From assembly GCA_017440545.1 (NCBI GenBank), contig JAFSGZ010000009.1:1-54689 (forward strand): a stretch of 54,689 nucleotides of DNA. Direction: 5' to 3'. The notes under the pieces were generated by a model that made no database searches, was not told the DNA's origin, and saw only the letters and a program-made list of their open reading frames with translations. The position numbers and the translations under genes were made by a program. The DNA comes from Oscillospiraceae bacterium. GTDB lineage: Bacteria; Bacillota; Clostridia; Oscillospirales; Ruminococcaceae. Below, in pieces: positions 39,470 through 49,021 of the stretch (positions are counted from its first letter, which is position 1; the number at the start of each line of letters is the position of its first letter).

Positions 39470-40753
39470 ATGGCTACTGAATTTAAAAGACAACAAATTT
39501 TAGATGGAATATATTTTACCGAGGTTAAAAACGATAAGTTTACAAGTAATCGTATTTCTGTTAATCTTGTAGCTCCCCTGTCTTTAGACACAGCCTCGGC
39601 TTATGCACTTCTTCCCCTTATTTTAAAGAAGGGTTATCGTGAGTGCCCCGACTTTTCTTCATTTAACCGCGCCCTTAATATGCTTTACGGTGCCGCTGTC
39701 GATGGAGATGTAAAAACCTTTGGTGACTGTCAGATTATTACCCTTTCAATCGCTACTATAAATGATAAATATACAATAGACAACGAGGAAGTTTCTTTAG
39801 AAGCCGCAAAAATTTTATCCTCGCTTGTGCTTGACCCTGTTATAGAAAACGGCTTTTTCAAAGAAAGCGTTTTTGAAACCGAAAAGCAGTTTTTAATTGA
39901 CTCTATAAAAGCGGAGCTTAACGACAAAGGCTCTCTTGCCCTTTCCAAATGTAAGCAGATTATGTGTAGCGGCGAGCCTTACTCAATTAGCTGTCACGGC
40001 ACTTTAGAAACTGCCGAAAGCTTAAGCTTAACAGATGTTTTTGACCATTACAACACTCTGCTTCAAACTGCACACATTGAAATTATGTTTGCGGGAAGCG
40101 GCAACGCCGATGCAGTGCGTGAGGTTATGTTTTCATCCTTTAGCTCCTGCATAGAGCGCGAGAAGCCCTTTGAAATTAAAACAAAAATCAAAAAGCCGAG
40201 CGACCAGATTAAGAGGGTTACAGAGCGTTACAGCATTGTGCAGTCGAAGCTTTCTATGGGCTTTAGCGTTGAAAATCCCGAAAGTGAAAAGGAAAAACAT
40301 GCTTTAAGATATGCAGTAGCACTTTTAGGCGGCACTCCCTTTTCAAAGCTTTTCTTAAATGTCAGAGAAAAGCTCTCTCTTTGCTATTACTGCTCTGCTT
40401 CTTTTGACAGCATTAAAAACGTTATGTTTGTTAACAGCGGCGTAGAAGAAAAGAACAAAAACAAGGCAGAGGAAGAAATTTTAAATCAGCTTTCTATATT
40501 AAAAAGCGGAGATATTTCTGACGACGAGTTTTTAAACACCAAAAAGCTACTTAACAACGTTTTAACCTCCACCGAGGACAGTATCTCAAAATTAGAGCGT
40601 TACTTTTTGGCAAGAATTTTTTCGGGTGAAATTATAACCCCCGAAAAAGAGCTTGAAATTATAAATTCACTGACTCGCGAAGATATAATTACTGCCGCAA
40701 ATAAAATTAAGCTTGACACAGTCTACTTTATGGCTCCTAAGGAGGAAGAATAA
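39470..40753 (+). CDS. M16-family peptidase-like protein, non-catalytic partner (no HxxEH)
   Basis: About 427 aa. Insulinase-like size and position, lacking the zinc motif. Immediately precedes its catalytic paralogue. Confidence 0.7.
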   Translation: MATEFKRQQILDGIYFTEVKNDKFTSNRISVNLVAPLSLDTASAYALLPLILKKGYRECPDFSSFNRALNMLYGAAVDGDVKTFGDCQIITLSIATINDKYTIDNEEVSLEAAKILSSLVLDPVIENGFFKESVFETEKQFLIDSIKAELNDKGSLALSKCKQIMCSGEPYSISCHGTLETAESLSLTDVFDHYNTLLQTAHIEIMFAGSGNADAVREVMFSSFSSCIEREKPFEIKTKIKKPSDQIKRVTERYSIVQSKLSMGFSVENPESEKEKHALRYAVALLGGTPFSKLFLNVREKLSLCYYCSASFDSIKNVMFVNSGVEEKNKNKAEEEILNQLSILKSGDISDDEFLNTKKLLNNVLTSTEDSISKLERYFLARIFSGEIITPEKELEIINSLTREDIITAANKIKLDTVYFMAPKEEE

Positions 40754-40754
40754 A

Positions 40755-42053
40755 ATGAAAACCGTTAAAGAGGAGCTTTTGTTTTCAAAGGTTGATAAAA
40801 AATATCTTAGGATAAAGCACAAAAGCGGGCTTACCATTCTTCTTTGTCCTATGAGCGAATATAACAGCGTATATGCCCTTTTCGGCACAAAATACGGCTC
40901 GATAAACACAAAATTTAAGACAAGCGCTGATGATGACTTCACCTGCGTTCCCGACGGAATTGCCCACTTTTTAGAGCACAAGCTTTTTGAGGGCGAGGTT
41001 GAGGATGCTTTTGTTAGCTATTCGCGCACAGGCGCAAACGCAAATGCTTACACTTCGTTTGACCGCACCTGCTATCTATTCTCTGCAAGTGAAAAGTTTG
41101 AAGAGTCGCTTGAAATTCTTTTAAACTTTGTAACCCACCCCTACTTTACAAAGGAAACGGTTGATAAAGAGCAGGGCATTATCGGTCAGGAAATTAAGAT
41201 GTATGAGGATAATCCCTCTTGGTGTGTATTTTTAAATCTTTTAAAATGTCTTTATTGGCAGCACCCCGTGAGAATTGATATTGCAGGCTCTGTAGAATCA
41301 ATCTCTGAAATTACACCTGAGCTTTTATATAAAACCTACAACACCTTTTATAACCTAAACAATATGGTTTTATCAGTCGCCGGAAACTTTGAGCCTGACA
41401 GCGTTTTAAAGCTTTGCGACAAGCTATTAAAGCAAAGCGAAAATGTTGAAATTGAAAATGTATTCCCCGATGAACCAAGTGACGTTTATCTTAAAAAGCT
41501 TGAAAAAGAGCTTGATATTTCAATGCCTTATTTTGAAATAGGCTTTAAGGAAACGCCTGACAAGCAAAACATTTTAAGAGGTCAGCTTTTAAACGAAATG
41601 CTGATCGAAATGATTTTCGGTGAATCAACAGATTTTTACAAAAAAAATTATGATGAGGGTATTATAAATTCAACCTTCGGTACCGAAGTTATGGCAGGCG
41701 ATGGCTATTTAATAAACATTTTCGGCGGCGAAAGCGAAGACCCCGAAAAAGTTTACGATGTAATCTGCGAGGAAATTGACAGAGTGAAAAAAGAGGGACT
41801 TTGTGAAGAGCGCTTTGAAGAAATCCGCCGCCAGTTTTACGGCAAGGGAGTTTTCTCATTTAACTCTGTTGAAGGAATTGCAACAGCAATGCTTTCGGCA
41901 CATTTTGCTGAAAAGAATGAATTTGACGTTTTAAGCGTTACAGAAGGCATCACCTTCAATGAGCTTTGTGAGCGCTTTGAAGAGCAGTTTGTAAGCGAAA
42001 GAAGCTCAATTTCGGTGGTTGTTCCCACTAAGACAGAGAAAGGACAGGACTAA
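40755..42053 (+). CDS. M16-family zinc peptidase (insulinase-like)
   Basis: HFLEH (HxxEH) zinc motif. Start at MKTVKEE.., with AAGGAGG upstream. Confidence 0.8.
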   Translation: MKTVKEELLFSKVDKKYLRIKHKSGLTILLCPMSEYNSVYALFGTKYGSINTKFKTSADDDFTCVPDGIAHFLEHKLFEGEVEDAFVSYSRTGANANAYTSFDRTCYLFSASEKFEESLEILLNFVTHPYFTKETVDKEQGIIGQEIKMYEDNPSWCVFLNLLKCLYWQHPVRIDIAGSVESISEITPELLYKTYNTFYNLNNMVLSVAGNFEPDSVLKLCDKLLKQSENVEIENVFPDEPSDVYLKKLEKELDISMPYFEIGFKETPDKQNILRGQLLNEMLIEMIFGESTDFYKKNYDEGIINSTFGTEVMAGDGYLINIFGGESEDPEKVYDVICEEIDRVKKEGLCEERFEEIRRQFYGKGVFSFNSVEGIATAMLSAHFAEKNEFDVLSVTEGITFNELCERFEEQFVSERSSISVVVPTKTEKGQD

Positions 42054-42056
42054 TTT

Positions 42057-43487
42057 ATGGACAGCTTTGTTGTACAGTTTCCAAAACTTAATCTTGATTT
42101 TAACATTAGTCGAGAGGCACTTACCATTGGCACCTTTTCAATTTATTGGTACGCCGTTTTAATTGCTCTCGGCGCAGTGCTCGGCATTTTATTTATAATG
42201 AAAAATGCTAAAACAGTCGGTCTTAATTCCGATAAGATAGTTGATGTTATTTTAGCCGGTCTTATAAGCGGAATTGTCGGTGCAAGAGCATATTATGTTA
42301 TATTTAATCTTGATAACTATGACACCTTTTGGGAAATGATTAATCTTCGCGACGGCGGGCTTGGAATTTACGGCGGTATTATTTTAGGACTTATAGCCAT
42401 TATAATAACCTGCCATTTTAACAAAACAAAGCTTATGCCTATGCTTGATATTTCAATTATCGGTGTATTAATAGGTCAGGCTATCGGCCGTTGGGGGAAC
42501 TTTGTAAATCAAGAAGCTTTTGGTACTAACACCAATTTGCCTTGGGGTATGTACAGTGAAAAAACCGCTGAATATCTTTCCTCTGTACAATGGGATTTAT
42601 TTAAGCAAGGCATTGAGGTTGACCCCTCTCTTCCCGTTCACCCCTGCTTTTTATACGAATCCATTTGGTGTGCACTCGGCGTACTTTTAGCTGTTTTATA
42701 CCTTAAAAAACGCAAATTTGACGGAGAGGTGTGCTTGATATTTGCCGGTTGGTACGGCCTTGGCAGAGCATTTATTGAATCACTTCGCACCGACAGCCTT
42801 ATGATAGGTCCCTTTAGAGTTTCACAGCTTGTTGGAATAATTGTTGCCATTTCTTGTGTAGTCGCTATAATAGTTATAAGAGCTAATCTTAAAAAGAAAA
42901 ACGGCGGCAGCTACGGCGTGCTTTATAAGGACACTGAGGAGTCAAAGAGTCAGCTTTCGCTCGACGATTTATCCCTCTTAAACAAAGCTCGCAACCATTT
43001 ATTTGAAGCAAATGACACTTTAGCTTCTGCAAAAGAGGATTTAGATATTATCTCTAAAAAAATTATGCCTGAGGTTGACACTGAAAATGCTGATGAGCTT
43101 TTTGAATTAAGCCGCAGCGTTGAGGCTGAGGAAAAGCTTTCAAAGCCCCAAGAAACCTTAGATTTAGCAGAAAAGAAAATTGCACTTGCTCTTTCAAAAA
43201 TCACACTTGCCTCTACAACCTTAGATGACTACTATTTAGAAGGCGATGAGGACTTAGAGGATAGTGTCGACGACCAAGCAGAAGAAGAACAAACATTTGA
43301 CAGTGAATTTGACAGACGTGTGTATGAGTCTTACGAGCAAATTGCCTCACTTTCTGAATACACTGCAGAATGTTTAGACAAGATAGCCCTGCTTGAAGCA
43401 AAGCTTTATCCCACAGAAAGCGACGCCGAAATCGGCATTGTAAATTTAGAAGAAGAAATGCTAAATGAAGAGCAAGATACAGAATAA
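42057..43487 (+). CDS. lgt: Prolipoprotein diacylglyceryl transferase with a ~190-aa acidic C-terminal extension
   Basis: Lgt core (..YWYAVLIALG.., ..GRWGNFVNQEAFG.., ..HPCFLYES..) spans about residues 1-285. An acidic, helix-prone tail follows. Confidence 0.85.
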   Translation: MDSFVVQFPKLNLDFNISREALTIGTFSIYWYAVLIALGAVLGILFIMKNAKTVGLNSDKIVDVILAGLISGIVGARAYYVIFNLDNYDTFWEMINLRDGGLGIYGGIILGLIAIIITCHFNKTKLMPMLDISIIGVLIGQAIGRWGNFVNQEAFGTNTNLPWGMYSEKTAEYLSSVQWDLFKQGIEVDPSLPVHPCFLYESIWCALGVLLAVLYLKKRKFDGEVCLIFAGWYGLGRAFIESLRTDSLMIGPFRVSQLVGIIVAISCVVAIIVIRANLKKKNGGSYGVLYKDTEESKSQLSLDDLSLLNKARNHLFEANDTLASAKEDLDIISKKIMPEVDTENADELFELSRSVEAEEKLSKPQETLDLAEKKIALALSKITLASTTLDDYYLEGDEDLEDSVDDQAEEEQTFDSEFDRRVYESYEQIASLSEYTAECLDKIALLEAKLYPTESDAEIGIVNLEEEMLNEEQDTE

Positions 43488-43500
43488 AATGGAGGCTGTT

Positions 43501-44352
43501 ATGGCACAAATTATTGACGGAAAAGCTATATCTCAAATCGTAAAAGATGAGGTTAAAAGCGAAGTTTTAAAGCTTTCTCAAAAAGGAATAACTGTTGGTC
43601 TTGCTGTTATTATAGTAGGCGACGACCCTGCCTCAAGAGTTTATGTCAACAACAAAAAAAAGGCCTGCGAAGCGTTAGGCCTAATTTCGCGTGAGTATGC
43701 TCTTTCTAAAGATACTACAAACGACGAGCTTTTAGAGCTTATAAAAAAGCTAAACTGTGATGATGAGATAGACGGCATTTTAGTTCAGCTTCCTCTTCCC
43801 TCCCACCTTGACGAAAAGCTTATTATAAACTCTATTTCACCAAATAAAGACGTTGACGCATTTCATCCTCAAAACGTTGGCAAAATTATGATAGGCGACT
43901 ACACTTTTGCCCCCTGTACTCCTGCAGGTGTTATGGAGCTTCTTTCAAAAAGCTCTATAGACGTGAGCGGCAAGGAATGTGTTATTGTGGGCAGAAGTAA
44001 CATAGTCGGAAAGCCTATGTCAATGCTTATGCTTCATAAGAACGCAACCGTAACGGTTTGCCATTCAAAAACTGCCGATTTAAAAGAGGTTGTCAGGCGT
44101 GCAGACATTGTGGTTGCCGCTGTCGGCAAGCCTAATTTTATAACTGCTGATATGATTAAAGAGGGCGCCGTAGTAATTGATGTTGGCATAAACCGACTCG
44201 AAAACGGCAAGCTTTGCGGCGACGTTAACTTTGAAGAGGTTTCCAAAAAAGCTTCATTCATCACCCCTGTTCCAGGCGGTGTTGGCCCTATGACAATAGC
44301 AATGCTTATGAAAAACACCCTTGCCTCAGCAAAGGCAAAACACAATCTTTAA
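43501..44352 (+). CDS. folD: Bifunctional methylene-THF dehydrogenase/methenyl-THF cyclohydrolase
   Basis: MAQIIDGKAIS.. ..VGDDPAS.VYV..K.. ..GRSNIVGKP.. ..PVPGGVGPMT... Start at 43501, with GGAGG upstream. Confidence 0.92.
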   Translation: MAQIIDGKAISQIVKDEVKSEVLKLSQKGITVGLAVIIVGDDPASRVYVNNKKKACEALGLISREYALSKDTTNDELLELIKKLNCDDEIDGILVQLPLPSHLDEKLIINSISPNKDVDAFHPQNVGKIMIGDYTFAPCTPAGVMELLSKSSIDVSGKECVIVGRSNIVGKPMSMLMLHKNATVTVCHSKTADLKEVVRRADIVVAAVGKPNFITADMIKEGAVVIDVGINRLENGKLCGDVNFEEVSKKASFITPVPGGVGPMTIAMLMKNTLASAKAKHNL

Positions 44353-44357
44353 ATTTT

Positions 44358-44472
44358 AAGTCAGAGTAGATACTCATTCGTGGATAAAATCCGTAGTGCT
44401 GTTTGAACGGGGAGTTGTCAGACAGACGAAAAGCTTTTTTGCTTGCGGTTTGAGTGTCGCATCCCGCTGCTA
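44358..44472 (+). promoter_or_regulatory. THF (folT-type) riboswitch aptamer
   Basis: Conserved strings are in order: AGAGUAG, UCGUGG, GAACGGGGAG, GCGGU, CGCAUCCCGCUGC. The long helix GAUACUCA (44369..44376) pairs with UGAGUGUC (44451..44458). It sits directly upstream of a folate ECF S-component gene. Confidence 0.8.
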
Positions 44473-44537
44473 CATAAACTAAAAAACAAAAACCGTTTCT
44501 TTATGTAGCAATAAAAATACATTAAGGAGTGGTTTTT

Positions 44538-45071
44538 TTGTTTTCAAATTTTAAGGAATCATTTTTAAATTTAAAGAAAACTAAGTCAATAGCTCTTTCT
44601 GCACTTTTTATAGCTATTGACTGCGTTTTAAGGCTTTTGGTAATTCCTATCGGCCCTACAATTAACATTACGCTGTTTTTCTTGCCACTTTCGGTTTGTT
44701 CTATGCTGCTTGGACCCACTGCAGCAGCCTTAACCGGTGCGGCGGCAGATATTCTCACCTATTTTATTAGTCCCACAGGACCTTACTTCCCAGGATTTAC
44801 ACTAAATGCCCTTATTTGCGGACTTGTTTACGGCATATTTTTATATAAACAAAAGCCTACCCTGCCACGTATTATTATTGCAAGGGTTATACTTATGTTT
44901 GTAGTAGACCTTGTATTAACAACGCTATGGCTTCATTTTATGTACACAGCGCCAATATTAGAAACCCTTTCTTTAAGGGTTGTTAAATGTCTGATTCTTT
45001 TGCCGGTCGAGGTAATTTTACTCAGCGTTGTTTTAAAAAGCGTATATAAATTCAAAGACAAATGGAGGTAA
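44538..45071 (+). CDS. folT: Folate-family ECF transporter S component
   Basis: Six-TM small membrane protein downstream of the THF riboswitch. TTG at 44538 (AAGGAG 8 nt upstream) is preferred to the track's GTG at 44529. Confidence 0.7.
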   Translation: MFSNFKESFLNLKKTKSIALSALFIAIDCVLRLLVIPIGPTINITLFFLPLSVCSMLLGPTAAALTGAAADILTYFISPTGPYFPGFTLNALICGLVYGIFLYKQKPTLPRIIIARVILMFVVDLVLTTLWLHFMYTAPILETLSLRVVKCLILLPVEVILLSVVLKSVYKFKDKWR

Positions 45072-45074
45072 TTT

Positions 45075-46190
45075 ATGAAAAAGCTCGGATTTGGTCTTAT
45101 GCGACTCCCCACCCTTTCGGATGATGTTACAAACATAGATTTTGAAAAGCTTAATAAGATGGTCGATGTCTTTATGGAAAAGGGATTTACCTATTTTGAC
45201 ACCGCCGCTCCCTATCACAAGGGCTTTAGCGAAATCGCATTTAAAAACTGCGTTTCAAGCCGTTATAAAAGAGAAGAATACACCGTTGCCGACAAGCTTT
45301 CCTTTTTTATGATAGACAAAAAAGAGGACATGGAAGGCTTTTTTGAAAAGCAGCTTGAAAAGCTCGGCGTTGACTACATAGATTATTATCTGCTTCACGC
45401 TATGGGAAGACCTTCATACAAAAAGGCAACTGATTTTGATGCCTTTAGCTTTGTGCAAAAGAAAAAAGCAGAAGGTAAAATTAAAAGTGTTGGTTTTTCA
45501 TTTCACGACAAGGCAGAGTTTTTAGACGAGATGCTCACCGCTCATCCCGAAATGGAGTTTGTTCAGCTTCAAATAAACTATCTTGACTGGGAAGATGTTA
45601 ATATTGAGTCTAAAAAGTGCTTAGAGATTTGCAAAAAGCACAACAAGCCTGTTATAGTTATGGAGCCCGTTAAGGGCGGAAGCTTAGTTAACATTCCCGA
45701 TGAGGCTGATGAGCTTTTTAAATCTCTTAACAAAGATGCCTCTAACGCCTCTTGGGCAGTTAGGTTTGCCGCAAGCTGTGAAGGCGTCTTTATGGTGCTT
45801 TCAGGAATGAGCAACATAGAGCAGTTAAATGATAACATTTCCTTTATGGAAGATTTTAAGCCCTTAACAAAAGAGGAATTTGATGCAACCCAAAAGGTTT
45901 CACAAATTATAAAAGAGTCTATCACTGTTCCTTGCACCAACTGCAAATACTGTGTAGATGATTGTCCTAAAAACATTGCCATCCCTGATTATTTTTCTGC
46001 CTATAACAACCTTAAGCGCTTTGGCTCAAAGCAGGTAGTTGTAGCGAAAACCTATTATAACAATATTTCAAAAGAGCACGGCAAGGCATCTGACTGTATT
46101 GCCTGCGGCAAGTGTGAGGGGCATTGTCCTCAGCATATAGAAATCAGGCGTCATCTTCAAGATGTTGCCGCTGCTTTTGAGAAAAAATAA
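45075..46190 (+). CDS. Aldo/keto reductase with a C-terminal 4Fe-4S ferredoxin-type domain
   Basis: AKR N-terminus (..GFGLMRLP..FDTA..Y..) plus CTNCKYCVDDCP and CIACGKCEGHCP. Confidence 0.8.
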   Translation: MKKLGFGLMRLPTLSDDVTNIDFEKLNKMVDVFMEKGFTYFDTAAPYHKGFSEIAFKNCVSSRYKREEYTVADKLSFFMIDKKEDMEGFFEKQLEKLGVDYIDYYLLHAMGRPSYKKATDFDAFSFVQKKKAEGKIKSVGFSFHDKAEFLDEMLTAHPEMEFVQLQINYLDWEDVNIESKKCLEICKKHNKPVIVMEPVKGGSLVNIPDEADELFKSLNKDASNASWAVRFAASCEGVFMVLSGMSNIEQLNDNISFMEDFKPLTKEEFDATQKVSQIIKESITVPCTNCKYCVDDCPKNIAIPDYFSAYNNLKRFGSKQVVVAKTYYNNISKEHGKASDCIACGKCEGHCPQHIEIRRHLQDVAAAFEKK

Positions 46191-46201
46191 GAGGCTTAAA
46201 A

Positions 46202-46738
46202 ATGAAAAAGATATCTATACCAACAAAAAAACTAACCCTTGCGGCAATGCTTTTGAGTATTGGATTTATTCTGCCCTCTATAACAGGGCAGGTTCAGCTT
46301 ATAGGAAATATGCTGCTTCCTATGCATTTGCCTGTTTTTATAGCAGCTTATCTTTTAGGGTGGCAGTATGCTGCTGTTTTGGGTGCTGTTTTGCCAATCA
46401 GTCGTGCCCTTTTCTTTCCTGTTCCGCCGCTTTACCCCACAGCCATTGCTATGTCCTTGGAGCTTGTAGCATACGGGATTTTTGCCTATGTTTTTTACTG
46501 CTTATTTAAGAAAAAAGGCATTTTCAGCGTGTATGCATCACTTATTATTTCAATGCTTATAGGTCGGCTTGTTTGGGGGCTTGTTTCATTTTTACTTTAT
46601 TCATTTAAAGGAAACAGCTTTAGCTTTTCTATGTTTTTATCGGGCGCGTTTATAAATGCAGTCCCCGGAATTATAATTCAGCTTATATTAATTCCAGCCA
46701 TTGTTTTGGCAGTAAAAAAGGCTTACAAAAATGAATAG
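46202..46738 (+). CDS. ECF transporter S component, substrate unknown
   Basis: 178 aa, about 6 TM spans, ..KKLTLAAMLLSIGFIL.. The size and pattern are S-component-like. Confidence 0.6.
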   Translation: MKKISIPTKKLTLAAMLLSIGFILPSITGQVQLIGNMLLPMHLPVFIAAYLLGWQYAAVLGAVLPISRALFFPVPPLYPTAIAMSLELVAYGIFAYVFYCLFKKKGIFSVYASLIISMLIGRLVWGLVSFLLYSFKGNSFSFSMFLSGAFINAVPGIIIQLILIPAIVLAVKKAYKNE

Positions 46739-47279
46739 TTTGAATGAAAAAATAAACACCCTTTTAAAACAAAAAGACTTTATTATAATAGGCATTGACG
46801 GGCGCTGCGGCAGTGGTAAAACCACATTTGCAGAAAAGCTTTCGGAGCACTTTGACCTTAACCTTTTTAAAATGGATGATTTCTTTTTACCGAAACTAAA
46901 AAAGACGCCTGAGCGTCTTTCAGAGATTGGCGGCAACTGCGATTTTGAACGTTTTAAAAAAGAGGTTTTAGAAAACATTGTAGCGCAAAAAAGCTTTGAG
47001 TATTTCCCCTACGACTGCAAAAGTGACTCTTTTAAAAATGGCATTTTAGTAAACACCAAAAAGATAAACATAGTTGAGGGCTCATATTCTCTTCACCCTC
47101 AAAACATAGATTTTTTTGACGTCAAGGTGCTTTTAAAAATTTCAAAGGACGAACAAAAAAGGCGCATTTTAAAGCGTGAGGGAGAAAACGCCGATATGTT
47201 CTTTAATAAATGGATTCCTTTAGAGGAAAGCTATTTTACACACATTGAGGCGCTATATAATTTTGATTTTATTTACTAA
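46731..47279 (+). CDS. Uridine-kinase/nucleoside-kinase-family P-loop protein
   Basis: Has ..IIGIDGRCGSGKTTFA.. and ..MDDFF... Overlaps the S-component gene by 8 nt. Confidence 0.6.
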   Translation: MNSLNEKINTLLKQKDFIIIGIDGRCGSGKTTFAEKLSEHFDLNLFKMDDFFLPKLKKTPERLSEIGGNCDFERFKKEVLENIVAQKSFEYFPYDCKSDSFKNGILVNTKKINIVEGSYSLHPQNIDFFDVKVLLKISKDEQKRRILKREGENADMFFNKWIPLEESYFTHIEALYNFDFIY

Positions 47280-47281
47280 AC

Positions 47282-47316
47282 AAAAAAGGCATCGGCTAAA
47301 AAGCCGATGCCTTTTT
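47282..47316. terminator. Bidirectional rho-independent terminator
   Basis: GGCATCGGC-TAAAAA-GCCGATGCC flanked by an A-run and a T-run, between convergent genes. Confidence 0.8.
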
Positions 47317-47324
47317 AATTTTTA

Positions 47325-48890
47325 TTACGCTTCTACATTTCCGAGTTTTACAGCCTCGAAGTCTTCTTCGACTTCCTTTGAGGGCTTGGGAGTTAAGAGA
47401 GAAACTACAACTATTAAAATTGACGAGAATATAAATGCGGGTAGTAATTCATAAATTCCAAATACGCCGCCTATGGGCTTAATAACTAAGTTCCAGAAGA
47501 ATACCATTGCGGCGCCGCCTACCATACCTGCGATAGCACCTGCCTGAGTTGTTCTCTTCCAGAAAAGTGAGAATAACATAAGCGGGCCGAATGTAGCACC
47601 AAAGCCTGCCCAAGCAAACGAAACGATTGAGAAGATGATGCTTTTTTCATCGAGTGCAAGTAAGGCTGCAATAACAGCAATAACAAGTAAGGTTATTCTT
47701 GACATTTTCATAACCTGCTTGTCGGTTGCGTTTTTCTTTAAAACGCCTTGATAGATATTCTTTGAAAATGCCGATGCGGCAATTAAGAGATATGAGTCTG
47801 ATGAGCTTATTGTAGCTGCCAAGATACCTGCCATTATAAAGCCTGCGATGATGGGAGGCAGGAAGCTTGTTGACATTGTGATAAAGATGTTTTCGGCATC
47901 GCCCTTTGTTAAGTGCTCGATGGGGAAAATCTGTCTTCCCATAATACCGATGAAAACTGCAACAGCAAGTGAAATTACAACCCAAATCATTGCAATTCTT
48001 CTTGATGCTTTAAGCTCGCCTTCCTTGCGGATAGCCATAAATCTGAGAAGTACCTGAGGCATACCAAAGTAGCCAAGTCCCCAAGCCATCATAGATGCAA
48101 CGCTTAATGCGCCATAAGGGAGAGGCTCGTTAAATAAAGGCTTGCCTGCTTCTACAAGCTGCTGATTATCAGCGTTAAGGGCAGGATTAGCAAGGCCAAA
48201 AAACTCTAAAAATCCGGGGATTTCTTTTGCATTTTCGATAACGGCAGAAAAACCGCCTGCCGAAATTACGCCAACTACAACAATAACGGTTAAAGCAACA
48301 AACATTACTATACCCTGCATAAAGTCTGATGCACTTTCTGCTAAAAAGCCACCTAAAAGTGTATAAGCTAAAACGAAAATTGCACCGATAATAACCATAG
48401 GAACATAAGGTGCATTAAAGAGTGATGAGAAAAGCTTTCCGCAGGTTACAAAGCAGCTTGATGCATACACTGTGAAGAACACGAGAATGAAAAGTGCAGC
48501 AAGCGAGCAAATAACCTTTGTCTTTTCGCGAAATCTGTTTGAGAAAAATTCGGGAAGTGTTATTGAGTTATTTGCCCTTATACTGTATCTGCGAAGACGC
48601 TTTGAAACTATTAACCAGTTTAAATATGTACCTACTGCAAGTCCGATTGCTGTCCAAGCAGCATCAGCAAGACCGCACCAGTAAGCCACTCCGGGAAGTC
48701 CCATCAAAAGCCAACCGCTCATATCAGAAGCCTCGGCGCTCATAGCGGTTACCCAAGGGCCAAGGGATCGACCGCCCAAAAAGTAGTTCTCGGAGCTTTT
48801 GTTTGCGCGCTTTGCGTAAACAAGTCCGATTGCAATAACTGCTGCCATATAAATTACCATAGCAACAATTATCTGTACTGTACTATTCAT
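47325..48890 (-). CDS. putP: Sodium:solute (proline) symporter, SSS family
   Basis: 521 aa, about 13 TM spans. Has ..YFLGGRSLGPWVTAMSAEASDMSGWLLMGLPG.., typical of PutP. Confidence 0.8.
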   Translation of the reverse strand: MNSTVQIIVAMVIYMAAVIAIGLVYAKRANKSSENYFLGGRSLGPWVTAMSAEASDMSGWLLMGLPGVAYWCGLADAAWTAIGLAVGTYLNWLIVSKRLRRYSIRANNSITLPEFFSNRFREKTKVICSLAALFILVFFTVYASSCFVTCGKLFSSLFNAPYVPMVIIGAIFVLAYTLLGGFLAESASDFMQGIVMFVALTVIVVVGVISAGGFSAVIENAKEIPGFLEFFGLANPALNADNQQLVEAGKPLFNEPLPYGALSVASMMAWGLGYFGMPQVLLRFMAIRKEGELKASRRIAMIWVVISLAVAVFIGIMGRQIFPIEHLTKGDAENIFITMSTSFLPPIIAGFIMAGILAATISSSDSYLLIAASAFSKNIYQGVLKKNATDKQVMKMSRITLLVIAVIAALLALDEKSIIFSIVSFAWAGFGATFGPLMLFSLFWKRTTQAGAIAGMVGGAAMVFFWNLVIKPIGGVFGIYELLPAFIFSSILIVVVSLLTPKPSKEVEEDFEAVKLGNVEA

Positions 48891-49021
48891 ATTATCAACT
48901 CCATATTTATCATTAAAAATATAATATTTAATATAATACCATTAAATCAACATTTATTCAAGTGTTTTTTGAATTATTTTATAATTTTTTATGTATAAAG
49001 TGAATTTTTATGCATTTTATA

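Noticed and set aside
44469-44509. Hairpin after the THF aptamer as an intrinsic terminator
   Set aside because: The 10-bp stem is followed by AAUAAAAAU rather than a U-tract, so it is not called a terminator. It is mentioned under the THF finding as an unclear expression platform.
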